Shown: positions 32,502-43,540, counted from the stretch's first letter. The stretch: 64,000 nucleotides of DNA from an uncultured Alphaproteobacteria bacterium (GCA_963841615.1 CAWJDI010000001.1:65020-129019), one strand, 5' to 3'. A program made the numbers and translations. Notes: generated by a model from the sequence alone, not told the origin.

Positions 32502-32651
32502 AACGGTCATGTTAACCACGCCCTTTCAGGATTGATTCACCCCGTTGAAAGGTAAACGGAGTGTTTCGGCGTTTCCGACAAGTGGATTCATATTTCGGTT
32601 GCCGGTCATGGAGAAACGTAGGGGCACATTCGTTCAACTGCGGGTTTTGTC

Positions 32652-33413
32652 ATGTCACGCATTCTCCTTTCCGCCATCCTCGCCTCCACGCTCGGTCTTT
32701 CCGCTCTGTCGGGACAGTCGGCCAACGCTGGTGAGCGCTATCTCGCACCGCCGCCTCTGGTGCTATCGTCGGACCTGTCGTCCCCGTGGACGCTTCAACT
32801 GCAATCGGCGCCCCGCATTCAGACCCATCAGCCGGTTGCACAAAAACAGGTGGCGCGCAGGGCGTTTACGACAAGACGCACATCCGTCGTCACAGGCTCG
32901 GTCGTCCGCTCTGGCACTTCACAGGGCGGTGCAGAGCCCACAGTGCAAGCGGACTTCGACCCCGACCTGCTGCCCGCAACTGTTCGGTGGACCGGCGGCG
33001 ACAAGCCGGGCACCGTCATTGTCGATACGATCCAGCGCAGGCTCTATCTCGTCCAGAATGACGGGCAGGCACGGCGCTATGCGGTCGGCGTCGGCAAGCC
33101 GGGTTTTGAATGGGCGGGCAGCCATAAGGTCACACGCAAGGCGACGTGGCCAACGTGGACACCGCCGCAGGAAATGATCGCGCGGGAACGGGCAAAGGGG
33201 CGCGAATTGCCGGCGTTTATGGAAGGCGGACCGGACAACCCGATGGGCGCGCGGGCGCTCTATCTCGGCTCGTCCATCTATCGCATCCACGGCACCAACC
33301 AGGCCTGGTCCATCGGCAAGGCTGTTTCCTCAGGCTGTATCCGCATGCGGAACGAAGACGTGATGGACCTGTATGAGCGTGTTCCGGTGGGCGCGCGCGT
33401 GAAAGTCATATAG
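32652..33413 (+). CDS. L,D-transpeptidase (ErfK/YbiS/YcfS family)
   Basis: Motifs PGTVIVDT, YAVGVG, WPTWTPP, GGPDNPMGARALYL and YRIHGT...SSGCIRM. Confidence 0.92.
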   Translation: MSRILLSAILASTLGLSALSGQSANAGERYLAPPPLVLSSDLSSPWTLQLQSAPRIQTHQPVAQKQVARRAFTTRRTSVVTGSVVRSGTSQGGAEPTVQADFDPDLLPATVRWTGGDKPGTVIVDTIQRRLYLVQNDGQARRYAVGVGKPGFEWAGSHKVTRKATWPTWTPPQEMIARERAKGRELPAFMEGGPDNPMGARALYLGSSIYRIHGTNQAWSIGKAVSSGCIRMRNEDVMDLYERVPVGARVKVI

Positions 33414-33561
33414 AACGCGCTGCGGCGTGGCGTAACATTTCGGCAACAACTGCCGCTTCGCTGCGCCACCGGACGGCCCCATTCTCGACAAACGGTCGTT
33501 CGCGGCGCTAACACTGAAAGACAAGCGCATTTTGCGCCCGGAATCACTGGATAGTCCGCCG

Positions 33562-34251
33562 ATGGCCCGCATGCTCCGCTCCGCCCTGATCGCCTGCGCT
33601 GCGACCGCTCTCTTCGCAACCGCCGCCCCGACCACAGCACAGGCCGAGATGACCGTCTCGCTCGGTATCGGTGCCAACGCCTCGCCGCACTCCAACCTCG
33701 ATTACGATTTCAACAACGGCACCAGCGGCGATGTCGGTGTGGGCTGGGACGGTGCTTCGTTCGAAATGCCCCCCGTTTACAATGCACGCGCGACATACTG
33801 GCTGAACGATTTCGGCATGGACGCGCTGGGCGTCGGCCTCACCTTCACCCACGCCAAGGTGAAAGCCGATCTCGGCGATCCGGCGCTATCGGATTTCACC
33901 ACGCTGGAATTCACCGACGGCATCAACTTTCTGACCGCCAGTCTCTACTACCGCTTCGACATGGGCTCCAAGTTCACGCCCTATGTCGGTGTTGGTGGTG
34001 GTCTCACCATTCCCCACGTGGAAGTGGACGGGCCTTCGTTGGCACAACGGACACTGGAATATCAGGTGACCGGTCTCGCCGCCGAAGCGACCGCAGGTGT
34101 CGATTACGCATTCACCGATAACTGGTCCGCCTTTGCCGAATACAAATTCAATTACGGACAGGTGGAAGCCGATTTGAATGGCGGCGGGTCGCTCGACACC
34201 AACATCATTTCCAACCAGGTTTTCGTCGGGATTACCTACAAAATTTTCTAG
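33562..34251 (+). CDS. Outer-membrane beta-barrel protein (lipid A oxidase LpxQ-like)
   Basis: Signal peptide, WDGASFEMPPVY, LEFTDGIN, PYVGVGGG..PHVE and AEYKF, with a C-terminal Phe. Confidence 0.65.
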   Translation: MARMLRSALIACAATALFATAAPTTAQAEMTVSLGIGANASPHSNLDYDFNNGTSGDVGVGWDGASFEMPPVYNARATYWLNDFGMDALGVGLTFTHAKVKADLGDPALSDFTTLEFTDGINFLTASLYYRFDMGSKFTPYVGVGGGLTIPHVEVDGPSLAQRTLEYQVTGLAAEATAGVDYAFTDNWSAFAEYKFNYGQVEADLNGGGSLDTNIISNQVFVGITYKIF

Positions 34252-34377
34252 TACCGATTTTTCTGAGCAGCGTATCGAGGGCCGGCACTATGGTGTCGGC
34301 CCTCATGCGTTTTAGGTGTGCGTCAATGGCGCTTCGCCTACTGGTAAAGCGCGGTTCGCTTTCCACCGTTCAGCGCT

Positions 34378-35695
34378 TTACTCAGCGTATGCAGCGCTTA
34401 GCTCGGAGGGAATGGCCCCTCCATACGCCCAATTCAGCAGCTTGACGGTGTGAACTGTGGGTATGCCCGTGCCGCTGCCGATCTGGGTCAGGCACCCGAT
34501 ATTGCCCGCCGCAATCACGTCCGGCTTGACGCTTTCGATAGCCACAACCTTCCTGTCCCGCAGCTTTCCCGCGATGTCGGGTTGCAGGATGTTGTAGGTG
34601 CCGGCGGACCCGCAACACAGGTGGCTTTCCGGCGCTTCGCGAACCGTGAAACCGGCAGCGCGCAACAGGTCTTTTGGCGCGGTCTTGATTTTCTGCCCAT
34701 GCTGCAACGAGCAGGCGGCGTGGTAAGCGACTGTGATATCGCGCTTTTGCGGCCGGTTCCGGCAGTTCGAGAGAAACGAGATATTCGCTCACATCCTTCG
34801 CCAGCGCAGCGACCGTGGCTGCCTTTTCGGCATAGGCCGGATCGTGGCGCAGCATGTGGCCGTAGTCCTTGATCGTCGTGCCGCAACCGGACGTGGTGAT
34901 GACGATTGCGTCGAGCCCCTTTTCGGCCTCCGCATGCCACACATCGACCATGCGGCGGGCGAAACCCAACGCCTGCTTCTCACGGCCCATATGGTGGACA
35001 AGTGAGCCGCAACAGGTCTCGCCTTTCGGCAGGACGACCTCGATGCCTTGCCCCGTCAGCAGTTCGATGGTGGCGGCATTGATGCCGGAATCCAGCGCCG
35101 GTTGGGCGCAGCCGGTCAGCAATGCGACACGGCCCCGTTTATCAACTTTCGGTTCAAACGCTTCGCCATTGCGCGTCTCCCGCACCTTTGGCGCGGATGC
35201 CGAAGGTGCGAGTTTCAACATGGCCGCCAATGGCTTGAGGGGTGTGATGGCTTCGAGAAGCGGCACGAACGGGCGGCCGAGTTTCGACAGAGCCAGCGAT
35301 GCGCGGAAACGGCCTTTATAGGGCAGCACCTGCGCCAGCAATTCCCGTGTCAGTCGTGTCATCAGCGGACGTTTGTGGGTGCGTTCAATATGGACGCGGG
35401 TGTGGTCGACGAGGTGCATGTAATCCACCCCTGACGGGCATGTCGTCATGCAGGACAGGCACGACAGGCAGCGGTCGATATGCTTCGCCTCCCGCTCCCC
35501 CGCATCACGCCCGCTTTCGAGCATATCCTTGATCAGATATATGCGACCGCGCGGTGAATCGAGTTCGTTTCCCAGCGTCACATAGGTCGGACACGTCGCG
35601 GTGCAGAACCCGCAATGAACGCAGGATCGCAGGATGGAATCGGCCTCCGCTATGGCTGGGTTTTCGAGTTGTTGAGGAGTGAAATGGGTTTGCAT
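34378..35695 (-). CDS. glcF: Glycolate oxidase iron-sulfur subunit GlcF, frameshifted near 34730
   Basis: Motifs CVHCGFCTATCPTY, DSPRGRIYL and CLSCLSCMTTCPSG. The C-terminal CCGSAGTYNILQP...AGNIGC is in ORF 34378-34707, another frame. Confidence 0.9.
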
Positions 35696-35698
35696 GGT

Positions 35699-36889
35699 TC
35701 AGGCTCCCAGCCGGCCAGGATTGAGAATGCCGTGCGGGTCGAAATTGGCGCGGTAGCGGGCGGACAGGGCAGCGAGCGCTTTTGCTTGAGGCTGGAAGGT
35801 CACCGTATTCTGGCGCTGATCAGCAGTGGCGCGGATGAGGGTCGCGTGGCCACCGCCGTTGCCTGCAAGGGATTGGCGGACCAGAGGCTCCAGCGGGTCG
35901 GAGCCGTCGATTTCCAGCCAGATTAGACCGCCTTGCCAATCGTAGAATGCGGCAGCGTCAGTTTTTGCAGTGATGGCAGAGACGACGGCGTGGCCCTGCA
36001 TCGGGGTGCAGGAAATGCGCCATAGGGGGCGGTCCTGGCGGGTGGCGAACGGGATGCAATCGCGCACCTGTTGCCACAAGGCGCGAGAGGGACCGGCTTC
36101 GAGGCGGTCGATTGCACCAAAGGGTTTCGTCAGTGCAGCAAGCGATTCCATGCGCGCGGCAACCGAAGGCGCAAAGCCCTCGACCCGCAGCATGGTGCGC
36201 GCTGGTTCAGACTGGTTTGGCAAATGCGCCGCGCCGGAAACCTCCGCACTTGACCCCATCGCAGCCGACATAGCTTCGGCAGCTTGCGCATCGCTCAAGC
36301 CGATAATCAGAAGCGTGTTTTCCGTTTCGGATTTCGGCAGCACTTTCATGGTGATGTCGGTCAAAACCGCCAGCGTTCCCCATGCGCCCGTCAGGCCTTT
36401 GGACAAGTCGTATCCGGTCACATTCTTGACCACTCGGCCACCGGACTTGAACATTTCGCCACGGCCCGACACGGCGTTGATGCCGAGAATATGGTCGCGA
36501 GCGGATCCGGATTTCAGGCGGCGCGGGCCTGCGAAATTGGTGGAGACCAGCCCTCCCAGCGTGCCCCGCCCGGCTTCCAGACCCAGCACGGGGCCGAGAT
36601 CGGCAGGCTCGAATTGCAGTTCCTGATTGGCTGCGTCCAATTCCGCAACGATATCCGACAACGGCGTCCCGGCGCGCGCGGAAAGTACCAGCTCGTCGGG
36701 CTCGAATAATGTTATGCCGCTCAGGCCTGACAGATCGAGCGTGTGAGCGGTCTGCATAGGCCTGCCGATGGCCCGCTTGCTGCCCTGCCCCACGATTTCG
36801 AGAGGCACCTGTTCCCCCGCCGCCCATTTAACGGCGGATAGAACATCGCCTGCAGTGCGGGGGTGGAGGTCGGCGTCGGGAATGCTCAA
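35699..36889 (-). CDS. glcE: Glycolate oxidase FAD-binding subunit GlcE
   Basis: Motifs EPDELVLSARAGTPL, GGRVVKNVTGYDL, WGTLAVLT and FDPHGILNPGR. Confidence 0.9.
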   Translation of the reverse strand: MSIPDADLHPRTAGDVLSAVKWAAGEQVPLEIVGQGSKRAIGRPMQTAHTLDLSGLSGITLFEPDELVLSARAGTPLSDIVAELDAANQELQFEPADLGPVLGLEAGRGTLGGLVSTNFAGPRRLKSGSARDHILGINAVSGRGEMFKSGGRVVKNVTGYDLSKGLTGAWGTLAVLTDITMKVLPKSETENTLLIIGLSDAQAAEAMSAAMGSSAEVSGAAHLPNQSEPARTMLRVEGFAPSVAARMESLAALTKPFGAIDRLEAGPSRALWQQVRDCIPFATRQDRPLWRISCTPMQGHAVVSAITAKTDAAAFYDWQGGLIWLEIDGSDPLEPLVRQSLAGNGGGHATLIRATADQRQNTVTFQPQAKALAALSARYRANFDPHGILNPGRLGA

Positions 36890-38385
36890 AACCTTGGCAG
36901 GTCCGGGAACGGCACCTGACCCTTGTGGACGTGCATCCGGCCAAGCTCGGCGCAGCGGTGAAGCTGGGGGAACATCTTGCCGGGGTTCAGCAGGCCATCC
37001 GGGTCAAAGGCGCATTTGACGCGCTGCTGTTGTGCCAAATCGTCTTCGGTGAACATTTCCGGCATCAGGTCGCGCTTTTCCACGCCCACACCGTGTTCGC
37101 CGGTCAGCACGCCGCCAACCTCGACGCAGAGACGCAGGATGTCGGCTCCGAATTCCTCGGTGCGCTCCAATTCACCGGGCACGTTGGCATCGTAGAGGAT
37201 GAGCGGGTGGAGATTGCCGTCGCCCGCGTGGAACACGTTGGCGACGCGCAGGCCGTAATGGTCCGACAGTTCGCGCATCCGTGCCAGCACGGTGGGCAGT
37301 TGGCGGCGGGGGATGGTGCCGTCCATGCAGTAATAGTCCGGCGAAATGCGGCCCACGGCGGGAAACGCCGCCTTGCGACCGGCCCAGAAGTTGAGGCGCT
37401 CTTCCTCGTTCTGGCTCACGCGCAGGGTCGGTGGATCCGGCAGCTTCGGCCAAAGCCTCTACGCGGGTGATGAGATAGTCGACCTCGGCCTCCGGCCCGT
37501 CCAGTTCGACGATCAGCAGGGCTTCCACGTCCAGCGGATATCCGGCCAGCACGAAGGCTTCGGCGGCGTGGATGGCAGGCTTGTCCATCATCTCCATGCC
37601 GCCGGGAATGATGCCGGCAGAAATTATGTCGGCCACGCATTGACCGGCGGCTTCCGAGGACGGAAAGCCGACCAGCAGCGCGCGCGCTGTTTGCGGTTTT
37701 TGCAGGATGCGAACGGTGACTTCGGTGACGACGCCCAGCAGGCCTTCCGAGCCGGTGATGACGCCGAGCAGGTCGTAGCCCTCCGCGTCCAGATGCTTGC
37801 CGCCGATGCGGATGATTTCGCCGTCGATGGTGACGAACTCGACGCCCAGCACGTTGTTGGCGGTCAGTCCGTATTTCAGACAATGCACACCGCCGCGAAT
37901 TCTCCGCCACGTTGCCGCCGATGGAACAGGCGATCTGGGAGGACGGGTCGGGCGCGTAGTAAAAGCCCTCGCCCGCTACCGCGTGGGTAATGCCCAGATT
38001 GGTGACGCCGGGCTGCACCACGGCGCAGCGGTTCGGGATAGTCGATATCGAGAATGCGGTTGAAGCGGCTCATCACCAGCAACACCGCGTCACCCACCGG
38101 CAAGCGCACCGCCCGACAGCGACGTGCCGGACCCGCGGGGCACGACCTTGATGCCGTTTTCGCCGCAATAGCGCATCACGTCCGCGACTTGCTGCACGGT
38201 TTCCGGCAGCACGACGACGAGCGGCAACTGGCGATAGGCGGTCAGTCCGTCGCTTTCGAAGACGCGCATGCCGGTGTCTTCGGCAACGACACCTTCGCCG
38301 GGCACGATGGCGCGCAAGGCGGCGACCACTTCGGCGCGACGGGACAGGATACCATCGTCGAGCGGCGGCATGACGAGACCGCTCA
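36886..38385 (-). CDS. glcD: Glycolate oxidase subunit GlcD, split over three frames
   Basis: The N-terminus MSGLVMPP...[13 protein letters not shown]...[12 protein letters not shown] ends ORF 38090-39157. The middle [14 protein letters not shown] is in ORF 37172-37888. The C-terminus [12 protein letters not shown]...[11 protein letters not shown] is in ORF 36886-37419. Confidence 0.88.
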
Positions 38386-39560
38386 TCGCGCACATCTCCG
38401 GATGGTTGGTTCGTTGTGGTTCGAAATCAAGCAGGTTGTGGCGACCGACATCGTGAATGTCCGTTTCGCCGCACAGCGCCATCGTCTTGTCGAGTTCGGA
38501 ATGGACGATTTCGATCGCCTTGGAGACGCCCGCCTGCCCCATCGCGCCGAGGCCGTAGATGTAGGCGCGCCCGATATAGGTGGATTTCGCACCCACCGCG
38601 ATGGCCTTGAACACGTCCTGCCCGGTGCGGATGCCGGAATCCATGTGCACCTCGATCCGGTCTCCCACCGCGTCCACGATGCGCGCCAGCATGTCGATGG
38701 GTGCTGCCGCCCCGTCGAGCTGGCGGCCACCGTGGTTGGACACGATAATGGCATCGGCTCCGATATCGGCGGCGATGCGGGCGTCTTCGACATCATTGAT
38801 GCCCTTGAGAATTAGCTTGCGGTCCCACTTGCTCTTGATCCAGTCAATCGACGACCAGTCGAGGCTCTGGTCGAATTGATCGTGGGTCCATTCCGACAGG
38901 CTCGTCATGTTGGAAACACCCGGCGCGTGGCCGACGATATTGCCGAACGAGCGGTTTTTCGTGCCCGCCATGCCCATCAGCCAGCGGGGTTTGGTGGCGA
39001 GATTAAGAATGTTGGCGAGGTCGGCTTGGGCGGTGTGGACAGGCCGTTCTTGATGTCCTTGTGGCGCTGGCCAAGGATCTGCAGAGTCCAGCGTCAGCAC
39101 CAACGCTTCGCAATTCGCATCGTAAGCCCGCTTGATAAGCGCCTCGATGAAACCCACGGTCGCGCATCACGTAAAGCTGAAACCAGAAGGGTGCAGTCGT
39201 GTGCTTAGCCACCTCTTCGATGGAGCAGACCGACATGGTGGAGAGCGTGAAAGGAATGCCGAATGCCTCGGCGGCTTTGGCAGCAGCGATCTCGCCATCG
39301 GCGTGCTGCATGCCCGTCAGCCCCACCGGTGCGAGCGCCACGGGCATGGATACCTCGCGCCCGACCATGGTCGTTTTCACGGACCGCTTGCTGATATCGA
39401 CGGCCACGCGCTGGCGCAGCTTGTATTTCGTGAAGGCGCTCGTGTTGTCGCGGTAGGTGCCTTCGGTATAGGCACCGGAATCCGCGTAATCATAGAACAT
39501 GCGGGGCACACGCCGTTTTGCCAGCGCCTGAAGATCCGCGTTCGACGTAATGACCGGCAT
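38382..39560 (-). CDS. FMN-dependent alpha-hydroxy acid dehydrogenase (L-lactate dehydrogenase LldD-like), frameshifted
   Basis: Motifs RRVPRMFYDYADSGA, LAPVGLTGM, FWFQLYV (ORF 39003-39560) and LILKGI, IVSNHGGRQLD, DSGIRTGQDVFKA, IGRAYIYGL (ORF 38090-39157). Confidence 0.88.
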
Positions 39561-39907
39561 TTTATGTCCCCCCTCAGGCTGCCATCAGGCATACCTTGGG
39601 GGCTGGCGCGAAGGAAGGCTGCGCCGGATGTTTATTGCCGCAGACCGATGCGACGGGGCAGTTCAGTCAGCGAGAGCGACGACTGCAGTTGCATCCACGC
39701 CGTAACCGCTCTGCGCGATTGCGTCTGTGCTATCGGCGCCGGACAAGGCCACTCCGAGCGTCATGAAAATGGCGAGAGCCAGTGTGGAAACGGCGACTGC
39801 AAGGGTCTGATCGTCGGTGTTCATTTCGTAAGTTCCTTGTGCTTTGGCTTCATAACAACGAAGGCGGAATGCGGTTCCCTAACTGTTTTCAGAAAAGTGC
39901 ATTTCCA

Positions 39908-40639
39908 ATGCCACGCTACGATTTCACGACAAAGCGCCTGTTCGTCAGTGACGAATTGCACACCGGCGCAACCGTGCCTGTGGACAGGGCGCAGGCGAAT
40001 TACCTGCTGAACGTGTTGCGGCTGGAAGACGGTGCCGCCATGCTGCTGTTCAACGGGCGCGATGGAGAGTGGCTCGCGCGCATCGAGGCGGAGGGGCGCA
40101 AGAAGGCGTCGCTCGTGGTGGAAACTCAATCACGACCACAAACCGAACGCCCGGATTTGCACTTACTGTTCGCCCCGCTCAAACAGGCGCGGCTGGAATA
40201 TATGGTGCAGAAGGCCGTCGAGATGGGCGTCGGACAAATTACGCCGGTGCTGACCCGCCACACGCATGCCAAGCCGTTGAAGGCCGACAAGATGCAAGCC
40301 TACGTTACCGAGGCCGCTGAGCAGTGCGGTATTCTCGCCATTCCGCGCATTACCGAGATTCTGCCGCTGCACGATGCGGTGCCGGATGACCGGCAGGTGA
40401 TTTTTTGCGACGAGGGACACGGCTCGCAAAATCCGCTGCCTATCTTGCAGAATGTGCCGCGCGGTCCGCTGACCCTGCTCATCGGCCCGGAAGGCGGGTT
40501 CGACGCGGAGGAAAGGGCTTGGTTGAATGGGAAGCACAATGTCATCGCCATTCCCCTCGGTCCCCGCATTTTACGGGCCGACACCGCTGCAGTGGCGGCG
40601 TTGGCCGTGGTGCAGGCCGTGTTGGGGGACTGGAACTAG
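39908..40639 (+). CDS. rsmE: 16S rRNA m3U1498 methyltransferase RsmE
   Basis: Motifs YLLNVLRL, QKAVEMGV, EAAEQCG, IGPEGGF and LGPRILRADTA. Confidence 0.93.
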   Translation: MPRYDFTTKRLFVSDELHTGATVPVDRAQANYLLNVLRLEDGAAMLLFNGRDGEWLARIEAEGRKKASLVVETQSRPQTERPDLHLLFAPLKQARLEYMVQKAVEMGVGQITPVLTRHTHAKPLKADKMQAYVTEAAEQCGILAIPRITEILPLHDAVPDDRQVIFCDEGHGSQNPLPILQNVPRGPLTLLIGPEGGFDAEERAWLNGKHNVIAIPLGPRILRADTAAVAALAVVQAVLGDWN

Positions 40640-40735
40640 CCCCGCCTTCATCACAATCTCGAATTTGGCCTTGCCCAATGCGCCCGTGCGGCGATACCGC
40701 TTCAGGCAACGCATCTCCCGGCAGGCTGATCCCTC

Positions 40736-42118
40736 ATGGCCCGTGATACCACCGACCTCACCCCGATCGAAGGCCGCGACCAGCTGGTCCGCGAACTGGA
40801 ATCCGGTTGCAAGCCGAAAGAGGCCTGGCGCATCGGCACGGAGCACGAGAAGTTCGGCTTCTTCCGCAGCGACATCACCCCCGTTCCCTACGATGCTCCC
40901 GATGGCGAAGGCTCCATCCGCGCCCTGCTGGAAGGGATGCGCGAGACCACGGGCTGGGAACCGATCATGGACGAGGGCAAGCTGATCGGGCTGGCAGGCG
41001 GTCCTGGCGAAGGCGCCATCTCGCTGGAACCGGGCGGGCAGTTCGAATTGTCCGGCGCGCCGCTGGAAACGATCCACGATACGTGCCGCGAGTCCAACGC
41101 CCATCTGGCGCAGGTGCGCGATGTGGCAGACCCGCTCGGCATCGGCTTTCTCGGCCTTGGCGGTTCGCCCAAGTGGACGCTCGAAGAAACGCCGAAAATG
41201 CCAAAATCACGTTACGACATCATGCGCCGCTACATGCCGAAGATCGGCACGCAGGGCCTCGACATGATGCACCGCACCTGCACTATTCAGGTCAATCTCG
41301 ACTTCGCCTCGGAAGCCGACATGCGGCGCAAGATGCAGGTGTCGACCAAGCTGCAATCGGTCGCCGCCGCGCTGTTTGCCAATTCGCCCTTCACGAATGG
41401 CAAGCCCAACGGCCTGCTGTCATGGCGCTCCGATATCTGGCGCGATACGGACAACCAGCGCTCCGGTGTGTTGCCGTTCATCTTCGACGATGGCTTCGGC
41501 TTCGAGCACTATGTCGACTGGGCACTCGACGTGCCGATGTATTTCGTCACCCGCGACGGGCACTATCACGATTGCACGGACGTGACGTTCCGCCAGTTCC
41601 TCGATGGGGCCAAGGTTGGCGAGATACCGGACGGCACCGCCAACGAGGGCGACTGGACCAACCATCTGTCCACGCTGTTTCCCGATGTGCGGATGAAGAA
41701 GTTTTTGGAAATGCGCGGGGCGGACGGTGGCCCTTGGCGGCGTATCTGCGCGCTACCGGCCTATTGGGTCGGGCTGCTCTATGACGATGCTGCACTCGGC
41801 GAGGCCGAAGCGCTGGTGGCGGACCTCGACTACGATGCCGTTTTCGCCATGCGCGAAGCGGTGCCGTCGCAAGGCTTTGCCGCACCAGCTGGCAAACGCA
41901 CCGTGCTGGAACTGGCCCGCGATACAGTTGCTATCGCCGAGCGGGGCTTGCGCGCCCGCAACAGGCTCAACGCGCAGGGTTCCGACGAAACCAATTTCCT
42001 TGCCCCGTTGCAGGAAGCGGTGCAGCTTGAAGAAACGCAGGCCGAGCGGTTGCTGAAGCAATATGCGAGCAACTGGGGTGGCGAGATCGACCACATTTTC
42101 GAGGAGTATGCCTATTGA
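40736..42118 (+). CDS. gshA: Glutamate--cysteine ligase (alphaproteobacterial/plant type)
   Basis: Motifs IGTEHEKF, SLEPGGQFELSGAP, MPKSRY, TCTIQVNLDF and LEMRGADGGPW. Confidence 0.93.
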   Translation: MARDTTDLTPIEGRDQLVRELESGCKPKEAWRIGTEHEKFGFFRSDITPVPYDAPDGEGSIRALLEGMRETTGWEPIMDEGKLIGLAGGPGEGAISLEPGGQFELSGAPLETIHDTCRESNAHLAQVRDVADPLGIGFLGLGGSPKWTLEETPKMPKSRYDIMRRYMPKIGTQGLDMMHRTCTIQVNLDFASEADMRRKMQVSTKLQSVAAALFANSPFTNGKPNGLLSWRSDIWRDTDNQRSGVLPFIFDDGFGFEHYVDWALDVPMYFVTRDGHYHDCTDVTFRQFLDGAKVGEIPDGTANEGDWTNHLSTLFPDVRMKKFLEMRGADGGPWRRICALPAYWVGLLYDDAALGEAEALVADLDYDAVFAMREAVPSQGFAAPAGKRTVLELARDTVAIAERGLRARNRLNAQGSDETNFLAPLQEAVQLEETQAERLLKQYASNWGGEIDHIFEEYAY

Positions 42119-42190
42119 AGACTGTAAGCGAACTTTGCTTGCACTTCGTCGTTGGTCCACACTGTCGATAACACCACGACCGGAACGACG

Positions 42191-43135
42191 ACCATGAACC
42201 TCACCAACCTTCTGTTGACGCCGCAAAACATCGATCAGCTTTCGCAGCAGTTCAACATCAGCAACGATCAGGCCGCCGAAGCCATCAGCGCGCTGTTGCC
42301 GGCTTTCTCGCAGGGGCTGAAGCGCAACGCGCAGACCGGTCAGCAGGCGGCCGGGTTCATTCAGGCACTCGCATCGGGCCGCCACGCCCGCTACATCGAC
42401 AATCCGGCGGAGGCGATGACGCGCAAGGGCCGCGAGGAAGGCCAGGCCATTCTCGGCCATCTGTTCAAGACGCCCGATGTCAGTCGTGCAGTCGCCAGCC
42501 ATGCCGCATCATCCACGGGCCTAGGCGCCACGCTCCTGAAAAAGATGCTGCCGGTCATCGCCAGCATGGTTATGGGTGCGATCTTCAAGGGCGCGACCAG
42601 CGGGCGCGGCGGCGGAGCGCTTGGCAAGACGCTGGGCGGCGCTGTCGGAGGCGGCTTGCTCGGCACCATTCTGGAAGGCCTCGTATCGGGGGGAGCGCAA
42701 GGCATGCCCACTACCCGCCGCAAGCGTTCGACCGGTGGTATTGAAGACATGATCGGCGATGTTCTAGGCGGGATGCTCGGCGGCGGAGCATCTGCGCCGG
42801 CACCGAACCGTAAGGCACCGCGCCGCCGGGTGCCACGCGAGGCACCGGCACCTTCTCCACAAAACGGGAATGTACTGGGCGACCTGCTCGACAGCTTTTT
42901 GGGCGGCGGGTCTGGTCGCTCCGCACCACAAGCAAATCCGCGCGATCCCGTCATGCCACCGCCGAGAGGCCGCACCACCCAGCAGCGGGTGCCCCGCCAG
43001 CCACGCCAGCCCAGAACGCGGGCCAACGATGGCTTCGGCGACATCTTCGGCGAATTGCTGGAGCCCGGCCCGTCTTCGAGCCGCGACTACCAGCGCAAGA
43101 CGCGCAGCGTGATCGACGACCTGCTCGGCAACTAA
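42191..43135 (+). CDS. DUF937 (YidB-like) protein with an extended Gly/Pro/Arg-rich C-terminus
   Basis: LSQQFNIS..QAAEAISALLPAFSQGLKRN...GQAILGHLF...SSTGLG..LLKKMLPVIASMVMG. Confidence 0.7.
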   Translation, partial: TMNLTNLLLTPQNIDQLSQQFNISNDQAAEAISALLPAFSQGLKRNAQTGQQAAGFIQALASGRHARYIDNPAEAMTRKGREEGQAILGHLFKTPDVSRAVASHAASSTGLGATLLKKMLPVIASMVMGAIFKGATSGRGGGALGKTLGGAVGGGLLGTILEGLVSGGAQGMPTTRRKRSTGGIEDMIGDVLGGMLGGGASAPAPNRKAPRRRVPREAPAPSPQNGNVLGDLLDSFLGGGSGRSAPQANPRDPVMPPPRGRTTQQRVPRQPRQPRTRANDGFGDIFGELLEPGPSSSRDYQRKTRSVIDDLLGN

Positions 43136-43150
43136 CTGCGCACAATTGGC

Positions 43151-43432
43151 CTAACGGAGAGCGGCTGCACGCTCGCTCCGCCGCCGGTTGGCGGATACAC
43201 GGTGCAACGCCTGAGCCGGATCGCCTTCGCTTGCCAGCGCTTCGTGGATGTCAGCGCGGGTGATGCCGAGATCGTCCAGCCGGTGCTGTTCGGCCTTCAA
43301 CAGTTCTTCGATAGCGTTGCGCTTGGTGTGCGTGTGCAGGCGCGCGCGCAGCCATAGCATTGCATCCAGAGGTGACGGGACCGCTGCGGTGCGGCTGTCT
43401 GTGTGAGAAAATTCATCGCGGATCATGGTCAT
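43151..43432 (-). CDS. Small DUF1127 (YjiS-like) protein
   Basis: ELLKAEQHRLDDLGITRADI motif; divergent from a LysR gene. Confidence 0.6.
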   Translation of the reverse strand: MTMIRDEFSHTDSRTAAVPSPLDAMLWLRARLHTHTKRNAIEELLKAEQHRLDDLGITRADIHEALASEGDPAQALHRVSANRRRSERAAALR

Positions 43433-43540
43433 GGCGCTTGCTCTTTTTGCTGCGTATCGGGTTGACCCGCCTCATATGTGCCGGTCATATCAATCAATCC
43501 AACGAATGTTGTTTATGTTATCCATCAGCAAACGGAATGA

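Noticed and set aside
38090-39157. Apparent LldD-GlcD fusion protein
   Set aside because: It is most simply explained by an indel removing the lldD stop, given the many other indels nearby.
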